The notes under the pieces were generated by a model. That model was given only the letters and a program-made list of their open reading frames with translations. It was not told the origin of the DNA and did no database searches. Of a DNA stretch of 64,000 nucleotides, positions 50,995 to 60,748 are shown piece by piece (the first letter of the stretch is position 1; each line of letters starts with the position of its first letter). The DNA lies in the NCBI GenBank assembly GCA_019358915.1, contig JAHHIM010000010.1:79297-143296 (forward strand), read 5' to 3'. Source of the stretch: Trichormus sp. ATA11-4-KO1 (GTDB lineage Bacteria; Cyanobacteriota; Cyanobacteriia; Cyanobacteriales; Nostocaceae). The position numbers and the translations under genes are program-made.

Positions 50995-52266
50995 GTGAAA
51001 CCTTCCTTATCTCACTCCCCGATTCATCGCACTGTATTGAACAATGGCATTGTCGTGCTAGTGGCAGAAAATCCGGCTGCGGATATTATTGCCGGGCGGA
51101 TTTTTGTCCGTGCTGGTAGTTGTTACGAAAGACGAGAGCAAGCTGGTTTAGCCCATTTGCTGTCAGCTGTCATGACAAAGGGATGCGATGGACTTTCGAG
51201 CTTAGAAATTGCCGAACAAGTTGAATCTGTGGGAGCAAGTTTAAGTACGGATGCTGCTACAGATTATTTCTTGCTGTCGTTAAAGACAGTGACATCGGAT
51301 TTTCCAGAAATTTTAACATTGGCAGGGCGAATGTTGCGATCGCCTACATTTCCCGAAGCCCAAGTGGAATTAGAACGGCGTCTAGCACTACAAGATATCC
51401 GCTCTCAAAAAGAGCAGCCATTTACCATCGCCTTTAGCCAAATGCGACAGGCAATCTACCAAAATCATCCCTATGCCATGTCAGTGCTGGGAGATGAAGT
51501 GACAATGGGCAGTTTGTCACGTGCAGACTTAGTACAATATCACCAAACTTATTTCCGCCCAGATAATCTAGTAATTAGTATTGCCGGTCGCATTACCCTA
51601 GCAGATACAGTAGCTTTGGTAGAACAAGTCTTCGGTGATTGGCAAATTCCTGCACAAACCTTGCCATTAGTTAATTTGCCAGAGATTCCGGTAGAACCAC
51701 AGCGTCGAATGCAGCCCGTACAAACACAGCAATCTATCGTGATGCTCGGTTATTTGGGATCATCGGTGAGTTCTCCTGACTATGCCCCTCTGAAATTGCT
51801 ATCTACTTATTTGGGAAATGGGCTATCTAGTCGTTTGTTTGTGGAATTACGGGAAAAGCGGGGTTTAGCCTACGAGGTGTCGGCATTCTATCCTACAAGG
51901 CTGTATCCAGGGTCATTTGTGGTGTATATGGGTACAGCACCAGAAAATACCAGCATAGCTCTGAATGGACTACGTACCGAAGTAGATCTACTCTGCACTA
52001 CAGAAGTATCAGAAATCGAACTGCAAGCGGCCAAGAACAAGATCCTAGGGCAATATGCTTTAGGTAAACAAACTAACGGACAAATTGCTCAAATATACGG
52101 TTGGTATGAAACGTTGGGGTTAGGAATTAATTTTGATCAGGAGTTTCAAGAACTGATTGCCTCTGTGAGTGTTAAAGAGGCGATGGCAGCCGCCTGTAAG
52201 TATTTACAAGCACCTTATGTGTCTTTGGTAGGTCAAGAGGAAGCTATTCTCAGTGCTGAGTGCTGA
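50995..52266 (+). CDS. M16 peptidase partner subunit lacking HXXEH
   Basis: HLLSA in place of HXXEH; SSRLFVELREKRGLAY. Confidence 0.9.
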   Translation: MKPSLSHSPIHRTVLNNGIVVLVAENPAADIIAGRIFVRAGSCYERREQAGLAHLLSAVMTKGCDGLSSLEIAEQVESVGASLSTDAATDYFLLSLKTVTSDFPEILTLAGRMLRSPTFPEAQVELERRLALQDIRSQKEQPFTIAFSQMRQAIYQNHPYAMSVLGDEVTMGSLSRADLVQYHQTYFRPDNLVISIAGRITLADTVALVEQVFGDWQIPAQTLPLVNLPEIPVEPQRRMQPVQTQQSIVMLGYLGSSVSSPDYAPLKLLSTYLGNGLSSRLFVELREKRGLAYEVSAFYPTRLYPGSFVVYMGTAPENTSIALNGLRTEVDLLCTTEVSEIELQAAKNKILGQYALGKQTNGQIAQIYGWYETLGLGINFDQEFQELIASVSVKEAMAAACKYLQAPYVSLVGQEEAILSAEC

Positions 52267-52460
52267 GTGCGCTTGCCCTGAGCGAAGCCGAAGGGGAGTG
52301 CTGAGTCAAGATACAAATACGTAGTTCATGAAAATTATACTTTTTTTTCCACTTAGACTTTTTTGATGGAGTGAACTATGTAAAATTGCGATCGCATGAG
52401 CTGTTTTCTGAACTCAAGCGGCTGTAATATTAGCATCAGAAGATTCTGGGAATAAATTCC

Positions 52461-53327
52461 ATGAAAGGCCGCCTGACAACAAGTATCTTGAGCTACTTAG
52501 AGTCACCAAAAGCATTTCGCTTCTTGAGAGCAGGTAAGTTGTATTGGTTACTCTTGTTATCCTCTGCATCTTTACTCATTGGCTCTTCTGCTGTAGTAGC
52601 AATTGCAGTACCTCAAAGAATTGCCCAAGCAATTCCTGGAATTGGTATCAGCCGTCCTACGCTCAAAGTTGGTAGCCAAGGAGAACGCGTATCGGAACTT
52701 CAGGCAGCTCTCAAACTTTTGGGCTTTTACTCAGGTACAGTAGATGGCATCTACAACGACGATACAGCAAATGCTGTTTCTCGGTTTAAGCGAGCAGTTG
52801 ACTTGAGTCCAGATGGCATTGTTGATGCTACCACTTGGCAACGACTATTCCCCAAGGAACCAATAGTTACACCAACCGTGTCTGCAAATAACTCGACATC
52901 TAACTTAACAAATTTTCCTGTACCGACTCAGCCCACAAGAGTTGTAAATCCCAGTCCTCTAAGACCAAACCCAGCTCTGAGTCCTCAACCCCAGCCAAAA
53001 CCTGCGACTACAACTGTCCGACCATCCTCACTGACTCCTAACAGAGTAAATACATCTACTACAAATGCTGGACAAATCCCTGGTGTGCAATACACCTCAC
53101 AAGGATGGCCAATTTTGCGTTTAGGGATGCGTAATGCGGAAGTGAGAAAGCTACAAGAACGATTAAAACAGCTAGGGTTTTTGGCTAGCGGTATAGATGG
53201 AGACTTTGGCCCCACAACCGAAGCAGCCGTAAAAGCTGCACAACAGCGTTATAATCTGGAGCCGGACGGTGTAGTTGGTGGCGCTACTTGGGAAGCACTC
53301 TTGCGGCGATCGCCAGGACAGCGATAG
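52461..53327 (+). CDS. Peptidoglycan-binding domain protein (two PG_binding_1 domains)
   Basis: LKVGSQG..V.ELQ..L...DG.Y and LRLG....V..LQ..L...DGDFG repeats joined by a P/T-rich linker. Confidence 0.88.
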   Translation: MKGRLTTSILSYLESPKAFRFLRAGKLYWLLLLSSASLLIGSSAVVAIAVPQRIAQAIPGIGISRPTLKVGSQGERVSELQAALKLLGFYSGTVDGIYNDDTANAVSRFKRAVDLSPDGIVDATTWQRLFPKEPIVTPTVSANNSTSNLTNFPVPTQPTRVVNPSPLRPNPALSPQPQPKPATTTVRPSSLTPNRVNTSTTNAGQIPGVQYTSQGWPILRLGMRNAEVRKLQERLKQLGFLASGIDGDFGPTTEAAVKAAQQRYNLEPDGVVGGATWEALLRRSPGQR

Positions 53328-53423
53328 GCTGATACGAAGCTGCCTGTCAATTAGTTCGGAATCAGAGCTAAAGCTCTTTTTTGGGGCTAAAGCCCTCAAT
53401 ACGACTTTTTAACTGAAAAAACT

Positions 53424-53777
53424 ATGAAACACTTTTTATTCACTTGGCTCGGTACTGCGGTGGCTTTGCTGATCACCGCTAATGTCGTGCCTGGGTTCTT
53501 TGTCAAGAATTTTATAGCTGCCTTAGTGGCTGTAGTCGTTATCGGATTAGTCAATGCGTTTATTCGACCAATCTTAAGTATTTTGGCATTTCCGGTAACT
53601 TTACTCACATTTGGTTTATTTACATTTGTCATCAACGCCTTAACCCTGTGGCTAGCAAGTGCGCTCACTCCTGGCTATGGTTTTGAAATTCAAGGATTCT
53701 TGCCTGCTTTTGTGGGTTCAATCGTGCTGACAATTGTTTCTAGCTTGATTAGCTATTTTTTGAGAGCGATTTTGTAG
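53424..53777 (+). CDS. 4-TM holin-family (YvlD-like) membrane protein
   Basis: GLVNAFIRPIL..LAFPVTLLTFGLFTFVINA. Confidence 0.85.
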   Translation: MKHFLFTWLGTAVALLITANVVPGFFVKNFIAALVAVVVIGLVNAFIRPILSILAFPVTLLTFGLFTFVINALTLWLASALTPGYGFEIQGFLPAFVGSIVLTIVSSLISYFLRAIL

Positions 53778-54339
53778 GAAAAAATAATTCTTGGGCAACA
53801 GCTATTGTTACCGCTCGTGGTTCCCCCGGCAAGCGGAATATTTGTTTAGGAATTAATAGCTTTACTTCTAACCCGTGCTTTCTAGTTTTAGGCGAATATA
53901 ATTCGCTACTAGACAAATGAAACGAAGAACGAAGGGTTTTAAACCCACCTACGTGGGTTTTGTCTGTATAGCCGCGACTTCTAGTCGCCAGGGCTAGTAT
54001 GAATAAATACTTGATAAATATCCTCTTAGAAGCTGCAAGAATAGCAGCCGCCTCAGCTACACTGGAGGTTCCCACTTCTGTTTCCACAATTTTGGCAGGG
54101 TTGGGAACGGAAACAGTAGACAATAATTCTACTGAAAAAGTTTTTAAAGGCAAATTTCGCAGGTCACAAAATTCTACTAAACCAACTTCTGAGGCTTTAT
54201 TATCGATGGTAGCAATACCCGCGATCGCACTTTGTTCTAGTTGACTTTCTGTAAATACTTCCTGAATTGCTGTTTCAATCAACTGCCGCGAACTACCCTT
54301 TTGACAACCAATTCCCACCCATAAATTAGATTTCTGCAT
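53749..54339 (-). CDS. CbiG C-terminal / CobE-like protein with an in-frame repeat insertion
   Basis: VGIGCQKG, IATIDNKASE, GTSSVAEAAAILAA, AVTIAVA. Confidence 0.8.
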   Translation of the reverse strand: MQKSNLWVGIGCQKGSSRQLIETAIQEVFTESQLEQSAIAGIATIDNKASEVGLVEFCDLRNLPLKTFSVELLSTVSVPNPAKIVETEVGTSSVAEAAAILAASKRIFIKYLFILALATRSRGYTDKTHVGGFKTLRSSFHLSSSELYSPKTRKHGLEVKLLIPKQIFRLPGEPRAVTIAVAQELFFPTKSLSKNS

Positions 54340-54691
54340 AAATCATTTGATGAAGGGTAAAAGGTCAAAATCTTGACGAATTTCTAACGCTTTACCAGGG
54401 AGATTTTTGCCCCTCTGGGTGTCGGAGAGGGATCGGGGTGAGGTTCATCGAATTTACGTTAATTAAACTAAAGCTCTGAAAATTGTAATGCTTCTAGCAG
54501 TACGAAAGCTTTACCAAATTAAAACAAGGGAACTGACTTGTCAGCGCTTGCGGTAACACTATGGTTGGTTGCATTTAACCTGTAACATAACTTCAAATTT
54601 TTGAAATTGCTAAATCGACTGTACTGTTCAAGTCCAGCAATAACAAAAACTGTTATTATAATAGCTATTCTGGTTATAAAGTGAGGCATAA

Positions 54692-54958
54692 ATGAATATT
54701 TCCCTGACTCCTGAGCTAGAAGCATTTGTGCAAGAACAGGTTGAGTCTGGTTTGTATCATTCTCAAAGTGAAGTGATTCGGGAAGGTTTGCGTCTGTTAA
54801 AACGCTTTAATGACTATTCCGAGGAATATAAACTGTGGCTCAACGAACAGATTGCCATCGGTCTTTCCGAGCTTGACAATGCCCGAAGTCTGACCGCCGA
54901 AGGGGTACGTGACCGCGTTCGTAACAAGGCGCAAAAGTTGATGAAAAAGCCCGTGTGA
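54692..54958 (+). CDS. parD: ParD-family antitoxin
   Basis: MNISLTPELEAFVQEQVESGLYHSQSEVIREGLRLL. Confidence 0.88.
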   Translation: MNISLTPELEAFVQEQVESGLYHSQSEVIREGLRLLKRFNDYSEEYKLWLNEQIAIGLSELDNARSLTAEGVRDRVRNKAQKLMKKPV

Positions 54959-55263
54959 TGAACCCAAAACCTTATATTCTTTCAGAACAAGCGGAGAACG
55001 ACTTGGCGCGGATTTACGCTTATATTGCGCTCGATAATCCAGATGCAGCTGAACGGATGTTAGATAAGCTTCTTTCCGCCTGTGAATTACTGACCGATAA
55101 CCCCAGAATAGGGCAGTATCGTTCTGACCTGACCCCACTGCCCGTCCGTTTCTGGTTGGTGCATCCCCGGTATTTTCTGATATACCGAGGAGAAAACCCT
55201 GTTGAAATCGTGCGTGTACTGGCGGCCAATATGGATATCGCGCGAGAACTTGCTGGACAATAA
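54955..55263 (+). CDS. parE: ParE/RelE-family toxin
   Basis: LSEQAENDLARIYAYIALDNPDAA...NPRIG...YFLIYR...IVRVL; overlaps the antitoxin stop. Confidence 0.88.
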   Translation: MMNPKPYILSEQAENDLARIYAYIALDNPDAAERMLDKLLSACELLTDNPRIGQYRSDLTPLPVRFWLVHPRYFLIYRGENPVEIVRVLAANMDIARELAGQ

Positions 55264-55900
55264 TCAAGCTATTAATTAAACCAGCTGATAAATCTTCGTT
55301 TCTGTAAAGTTTTGAGACAAAACCTGCTGTTTGGTTGGTTCTGTGGCTCTGATTTATCCTCTTGCTCCTGTGCTGCTGGCTTTTGGCTTTTGCTCTTACT
55401 CTTCGTAATTCGTCGTGCCTTGCGTCTCTTCCTCAAAGCATCAGACTAGCGCTGCAAACAGGAAACTTTAATTATTACCTAGCGATCGCAGTTGAGTCAG
55501 CCTTTTTCATTAGCAGCTCACTATAATACCTGGAAACTGATCTTTAGAATACTGTTCCCAAGAATTAAACCGTATATATTTAGCATATCTAGCACAGTAG
55601 GAAACGCCGAGGCAGAGACTAGGTAAAAAAAGTAAAAGGGAAATTTACTTCTTGATTTTGGCTTACTTGGTATCCTTGAGGCACAAACATTTTGCCTGTT
55701 TTACCTTGGTGTTTCAATTTCTTATTACTCCGGCGCAGCAAGCTCACAACAGTTGCGACGGAGTTTTGTTTTATTCATGTTTTTGACTAGTTTTTACTTA
55801 CCTCCTTTGTATTTAAGTAAATATCTTGAATCGCATAATTTGTCAAGCTATTTTCAGTATTTCAACACAATTAAACTAAGTCCCATACATATCAGTATGG

Positions 55901-57181
55901 CTATTCCTGTGCCCCAGCTTTTTGCAGATTCCTGACTATACTTTGATACCCATTAAATTCCGCAATCATTAAAGCAGTGTAACCGCCCCGATTTTTTAGA
56001 TTCATATCTGCCCCAGCTTGGAGTAATATTTGCACAGCTGCACCATAACCTCCAGAAGCTGCCCACATTAATGCTGTCGCCCCTGCTGAGTCCCGAAGAT
56101 TCACATCTGCACCCTTGTCGAGTAACATCTGGATGATTCCTGTGTAATTGCGTTCTACTGCCTTAATTAACGCAGTTTTGCCATTTTCCCCTGGAGTGTT
56201 GGCATCAGCACCGTAGTCTAGTAACATCTTTACTATCTCAGTGTATCCCTGTGATACTGCCAACACCAAAGGTATACCCAGACTTTCTCTATTATTCTCG
56301 TCACCATAACGCAGCAGGGCTTCAACGATTTGGCTGTGTCCCTGCAATGCAGCTACAAGCATTGGTGTATCACCCAGATGATTTGTTATTTGGGGATTTA
56401 CACCTCGGTTAAGTAGCACTTGCACCACATCAATGTAACCTTCCACAACAGCCAGGTGTAAGGCAGTTTCACCATCTTTGTCTTGGAGATTAATTTCCGC
56501 ACCCCAATCTAGTAAAGTAGATGCGATCGCACTATGTCCTGCTGCCGCAGCTGCCAACAGCGCCGTACTACCATCCTCATTTTTCTGATTGACATTAGCT
56601 CCGGCTGCCAGTAATGCTTGTACAACTTCCAGATTTCCCAAGTCAGCCGCAATCATCAACAGCGTCTCACCTTCTTGATCTGGAAGGTTGACATCTGCAC
56701 CACTTTGTAAAATTAATTGCACCACTGCTGCATGTCCGTGCTTCACAGCCAGTTTTAAAGCAGTATCATGATCTTGATCTGCGACATTTACTTGAGCGCC
56801 AGCAGCCAGTAAGACTTGCACCACATCGACATAACCCTTAAGCGCTGCTGCCATCAAAGCCGTGCTGCCATCTTCATTAATGGCATCCACATCAGCGCCT
56901 CTAAATACTAAAAGTTGCACAATGTCAAGTTGATTAGCACTAGCAGCTAACATCAAAGCCGTCAAACCATAGCGTTTTCTGGGCAAATTGATATTTGCCC
57001 CGGCATCCAATAGCGATCGCACAATTTCGGTGTAACCTAAATTGGCAGCAAACATTAATGCTGTAGTGCCATCGCGATCGCAAACGTCAACTTTAGCACC
57101 AGCAGCCAGCAGCGCACATAGCCGCTTGATATCACCATTTTTAGCAGCTTTCAGCAGCAAGATATCGTTATTTTCAGTCAT
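55901..57181 (-). CDS. Ankyrin-repeat protein
   Basis: About 12 repeats of G.TALM.AA..G...IV..LL..GA.VN. Confidence 0.92.
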   Translation of the reverse strand: MTENNDILLLKAAKNGDIKRLCALLAAGAKVDVCDRDGTTALMFAANLGYTEIVRSLLDAGANINLPRKRYGLTALMLAASANQLDIVQLLVFRGADVDAINEDGSTALMAAALKGYVDVVQVLLAAGAQVNVADQDHDTALKLAVKHGHAAVVQLILQSGADVNLPDQEGETLLMIAADLGNLEVVQALLAAGANVNQKNEDGSTALLAAAAAGHSAIASTLLDWGAEINLQDKDGETALHLAVVEGYIDVVQVLLNRGVNPQITNHLGDTPMLVAALQGHSQIVEALLRYGDENNRESLGIPLVLAVSQGYTEIVKMLLDYGADANTPGENGKTALIKAVERNYTGIIQMLLDKGADVNLRDSAGATALMWAASGGYGAAVQILLQAGADMNLKNRGGYTALMIAEFNGYQSIVRNLQKAGAQE

Positions 57182-57433
57182 GAATAGTTCCCGCACAAGC
57201 GGGTTTTGTTCGTCTAATCCCAAAATTTAGTCTGAAATTGTTTAACCACTTTGGCAAGAGGAGATACTAATTCGTAATTTGTAATTCGTAATTGAGCCTC
57301 TGGCACGCTACGCGGTAAGCGCAGCTATGCCGCAGGCTTTACGTAATTTCTAATTTAAAAAGCTCAAATTTTGTCTAGGTTTTCAGCTAAGACCTCTTGT
57401 AGGCTTTTTTTAAAATATTGGTTGCACTATGAA

Positions 57434-57592
57434 GAGTGCTGAGTTAAAAGTGCTGAGTGCTGAGTTAAAAAACCGCCCACACTTCGGTAAGGCTCAGTGA
57501 CCACAAGGGACGGGGCTTGTACCGAGTGCGAAAGTCCTTCCTTCTTCTTCTTTTGACTCAGCACTCAGCACTCAGCACTCAGCACTGAGTAA
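57434..57592. repeat. Inverted (AGTGCTG)n/(ACTCAGC)n STRR tracts enclosing a short dispersed repeat
   Basis: Heptamer tracts at both ends; internal CTTCGGTAAGGCTCAGTGACC. Confidence 0.65.
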
Positions 57593-57707
57593 GGTCAAGC
57601 TTCCTTGTCTCCCCATTCTTCCATCTCTTTTACACCTGGCAACTTTAAGCACAGAAATTAGAGTTATGCTAATTTTTATGAAGATTTAAGAATTGGGTGA
57701 GAACACG

Positions 57708-58178
57708 ATGAATTTGGAACTGTCATCCTCGGTTAAATATTGGCTAAACTTTTTTCACCCACTGATTATGTGGGTACTATTAGCACTCTCACTGTATGCT
57801 GCTTACCTGGGGCTGCAAGTACAGCGTACCAGAAATGCTCAAGGAGAAGAAAAGAAAGAATTAATTAAAGGTAGGTATAATATCAAACACTACCAAATCG
57901 GATCTGTACTATTAGCTTTAATGGTGACAGGTGCCATTGGTGGTATGGCTGTCACCTACATCAATAACGGCAAGTTATTTGTGGGTCCTCATTTACTAGC
58001 AGGACTGGGGATGACGGGTCTGATTGCATTTTCTGCTTCCCTATCTCCATTCATGCAAAAAGGAGCAAATTGGGCGCGTGCAACTCACATTTTGGTAAAT
58101 TTCGCTCTTTTAGGGCTTTTTACTTGGCAGGCTATCACTGGGGTACAAATTGTCCAAAGAATTCTCACTAATGCATAG
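57708..58178 (+). CDS. DUF4079-family membrane protein
   Basis: HPLIMW, YAAYLG, H.QIG, GKLFVGPHLLAGL. Confidence 0.8.
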   Translation: MNLELSSSVKYWLNFFHPLIMWVLLALSLYAAYLGLQVQRTRNAQGEEKKELIKGRYNIKHYQIGSVLLALMVTGAIGGMAVTYINNGKLFVGPHLLAGLGMTGLIAFSASLSPFMQKGANWARATHILVNFALLGLFTWQAITGVQIVQRILTNA

Positions 58179-58391
58179 CTATTAGTCATTAGTCATTAGT
58201 CATTGACTACTGGCTAATGACTGTTGACAGAAAAATAAAAGGATGCAAGCCCCAGATCCTGCCTGCACTTTGTTCAGGACGCTACGCGATTTATGGAAAA
58301 AAATGCAGAGCAACATTATTCCAGCCTCCAGATTCATCAGTGGGGTCTTCAATTTTTAATTTTTAATTTTTAATTCCCCGAAGGGGCTGAC

Positions 58392-59075
58392 TCATCGCTT
58401 TTTCTGGGAATTGCTAGGAAAAGCTATACCTAAAGACTGATGAAAATCTTCTTGGACTCTGCGAGTTAAACGGCGGGAAACTTGACGAACTATTTGATTA
58501 AGTAAGCGATCGCCTGTAGATTGAATTAAAGACTTGGGTAATCGCTGAATAAATCGGGGAAAATGCAGGTCAACACTCAAATCTAATTCCCATTCAACTC
58601 GTGTTATCTCATCCCCAGTAGCGGGGAATTCGCTTACCATATTTTCGATTAACTGTAGAGATGCCTGATAATCTACGTCATAACCAGGCGGATGATAGTC
58701 AGGAACTGGGATTGTCCGAATGCGGTAGATTCCTTGCTCTGGAGGTAAAAGTTCTAGACCAATTTTTGGCTCTACATCATAACCAAAAGAGCCAAAACGA
58801 CCAATTATTAAAGTATAACCATTCTCACTTAAAGGCTGTACCTTCATTGGTTCAGCACAGCGCGAAAACCATGAGGCGTGAGCATGAAGATAGTCAGCAA
58901 CTGTATTTGCTGGGGCATACATTTCCATTGAGTCGCTATAACGACCGTAAAACCTAGTTGGTAAACCTACAGTTGCTTCGGTAAGTGTTTCTTCAACTTC
59001 TGTTAAATTTGACGCTACAGGCAAAACTGTTTCTTTTATATCTAAAGATTGATATTCGCCGTTTGTTGACAGCAT
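58392..59075 (-). CDS. DUF1997-family protein
   Basis: WFSRCAEPMKV, VEPKIGLEL, FPRFIQRLPKSLIQSTGDRLL. Confidence 0.8.
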   Translation of the reverse strand: MLSTNGEYQSLDIKETVLPVASNLTEVEETLTEATVGLPTRFYGRYSDSMEMYAPANTVADYLHAHASWFSRCAEPMKVQPLSENGYTLIIGRFGSFGYDVEPKIGLELLPPEQGIYRIRTIPVPDYHPPGYDVDYQASLQLIENMVSEFPATGDEITRVEWELDLSVDLHFPRFIQRLPKSLIQSTGDRLLNQIVRQVSRRLTRRVQEDFHQSLGIAFPSNSQKKR

Positions 59076-59256
59076 CAACGCATTCCCCTATAAATTGGCG
59101 TTCGTCTATAAATTAATAATTCCCAGGTTGATGGAGTTGTTTAGCAATAAACTCCTATTTTGGCTGAAACCTCAAGAATCTGTTGCTATCTTCATAAAAT
59201 AACTAAAATTAAAGAACTAAATCATTACATATTAGTTTCCCAGGATAGCGTTTCTC

Positions 59257-59916
59257 ATGAAAGCATTTGTAGCAGGGGCAACAGGCGAAACAGGTCGCCG
59301 AATTGTACAAGAGCTAGTAGCGCAGAATATTCCCGTTCGTGCATTAGTGCGAGATACAGAAAAAGCAAGAGCTATTTTACCTCCTGAAACTGAGTTAGTC
59401 ATGGGCGATGTGTTACAAATAGAAAGTCTTAATATTGCTTTAAGTGATAGTACGGTGGTGCTATGCGCTACAGGGGCAAAACCTAGCTTCGACCCGACAG
59501 GCCCCTACAAGGTAGATTTTGAAGGGACTAAAAATTTAGTAGATGTAGCTAAGTCCAAAGGAATTGAGCATTTTGTGTTTGTTTCTTCTTTGTGTACTTC
59601 CCAGTTGTTCCATCCGTTAAACTTGTTTTGGTTGATTTTGGTTTGGAAAAAGCAAGCTGAGGAGTACATCCAGAAAAGCGGACTAACCTATACGATTGTG
59701 CGACCTGGTGGTTTGAAAAATGAAGACAACCCCGATCCTATCGTGATGCAAAGTGCTGATACATTATTCGATGGTAGTATTCCTCGGCAAAAAGTTGCCC
59801 AGGTTTGCGTTGAATCCCTGTTTGAGCCAGCCGCACGGAATAAAATTGTTGAGGTTGTAGCTAAACCAGAAGCCCCCTCAAAGAGCTTTCAAGAGTTATT
59901 TGCTAACGTTGCTTAA
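59257..59916 (+). CDS. NAD(P)H-binding atypical SDR oxidoreductase
   Basis: VAGATGETG, VDFEGTKNL, YTIVRPGGL. Confidence 0.9.
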   Translation: MKAFVAGATGETGRRIVQELVAQNIPVRALVRDTEKARAILPPETELVMGDVLQIESLNIALSDSTVVLCATGAKPSFDPTGPYKVDFEGTKNLVDVAKSKGIEHFVFVSSLCTSQLFHPLNLFWLILVWKKQAEEYIQKSGLTYTIVRPGGLKNEDNPDPIVMQSADTLFDGSIPRQKVAQVCVESLFEPAARNKIVEVVAKPEAPSKSFQELFANVA

Positions 59917-60020
59917 TTAGGAAGTAATTCCTAACTCAGCACTTTCTTTGTGAACTTTACCGAAATAAGTGCGTCAATTATTGTTGTTAAAGAAAAGAGC
60001 GAATTTGAAGGAGTCTGACC

Positions 60021-60713
60021 CTGAAAGGCTTTAAACTCAAAGGCGTTGAAAATCTGATTGGCCCGATAGCCGCACTGATCGGTTTTATCTGTTTGTTGCA
60101 GTGGTATATTTATGGTTCATTGCGATCGCCTAATGATCCTGTATTTAGAGTCCAACAGCCGCCTTTAGTTATGCAAGGAGGTGACCCTTACATCCGTGCT
60201 TTAATGCGAACTATTTCAGCAAGTGAAGCCAATGGTAATCGTCCCTATTCTCTGCTGTATGGTGGACAGCAAGTCAAAGACCTCAGCCGTCATCCTGAAA
60301 TATGCGTCACAATTGTCACAGGGCCAAACAAGGGTAATTGTTCTACAGCTGCTGGTAGATATCAAATCATCAATAATACTTGGTTTGAAATAGCGCCTCG
60401 CTATCATCCCAACCCCCCCATGCAGTTAATGTTTTGGGCTGCTTATAGTTTTGAACCACAGTATCAAGATGTAGTCGTTTACCGTTGGTTAAATGATACA
60501 AAAGTTTGGGGAACGGATATTTCTCAACTGCTGCAAAAGGGAAAAATTGATGATGTTTTACGGCGACTGTCTCCCACTTGGACAAGTCTGGGATATGGTA
60601 TAGAAACTAATTCTATTAGTAGTTCTTTGCCGAAAATTTATCAGAAAATGCTGGCAGAGGAATTAAAGACAGCTAATCAACCAGGCTCTGCAAATGCAGC
60701 ACCAATTCCTTAG
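60021..60713 (+). CDS. Lambda-lysozyme-like muramidase (GH24/GH104) with N-terminal membrane anchor; probable CTG start
   Basis: RALMRTISASE, STAAGRYQI, WTSL; AAGGAG lies 7 nt before an in-frame CTG at 60021. Confidence 0.8.
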   Translation: MKGFKLKGVENLIGPIAALIGFICLLQWYIYGSLRSPNDPVFRVQQPPLVMQGGDPYIRALMRTISASEANGNRPYSLLYGGQQVKDLSRHPEICVTIVTGPNKGNCSTAAGRYQIINNTWFEIAPRYHPNPPMQLMFWAAYSFEPQYQDVVVYRWLNDTKVWGTDISQLLQKGKIDDVLRRLSPTWTSLGYGIETNSISSSLPKIYQKMLAEELKTANQPGSANAAPIP

Positions 60714-60748
60714 ATGCTAGAGGTTATGGAAGACCCTTAAGCAATTAA

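Noticed and set aside
50995..52266. M16 protein lacking HXXEH as a pseudogene or novelty
   Set aside because: Active plus inactive M16B subunit pairs are a well-known arrangement.
52461..60713. Holin-family protein, PG-binding protein and muramidase as a prophage lysis module
   Set aside because: The genes are dispersed among housekeeping genes, belong to common cyanobacterial chromosomal families, and have no phage structural or integrase genes nearby.
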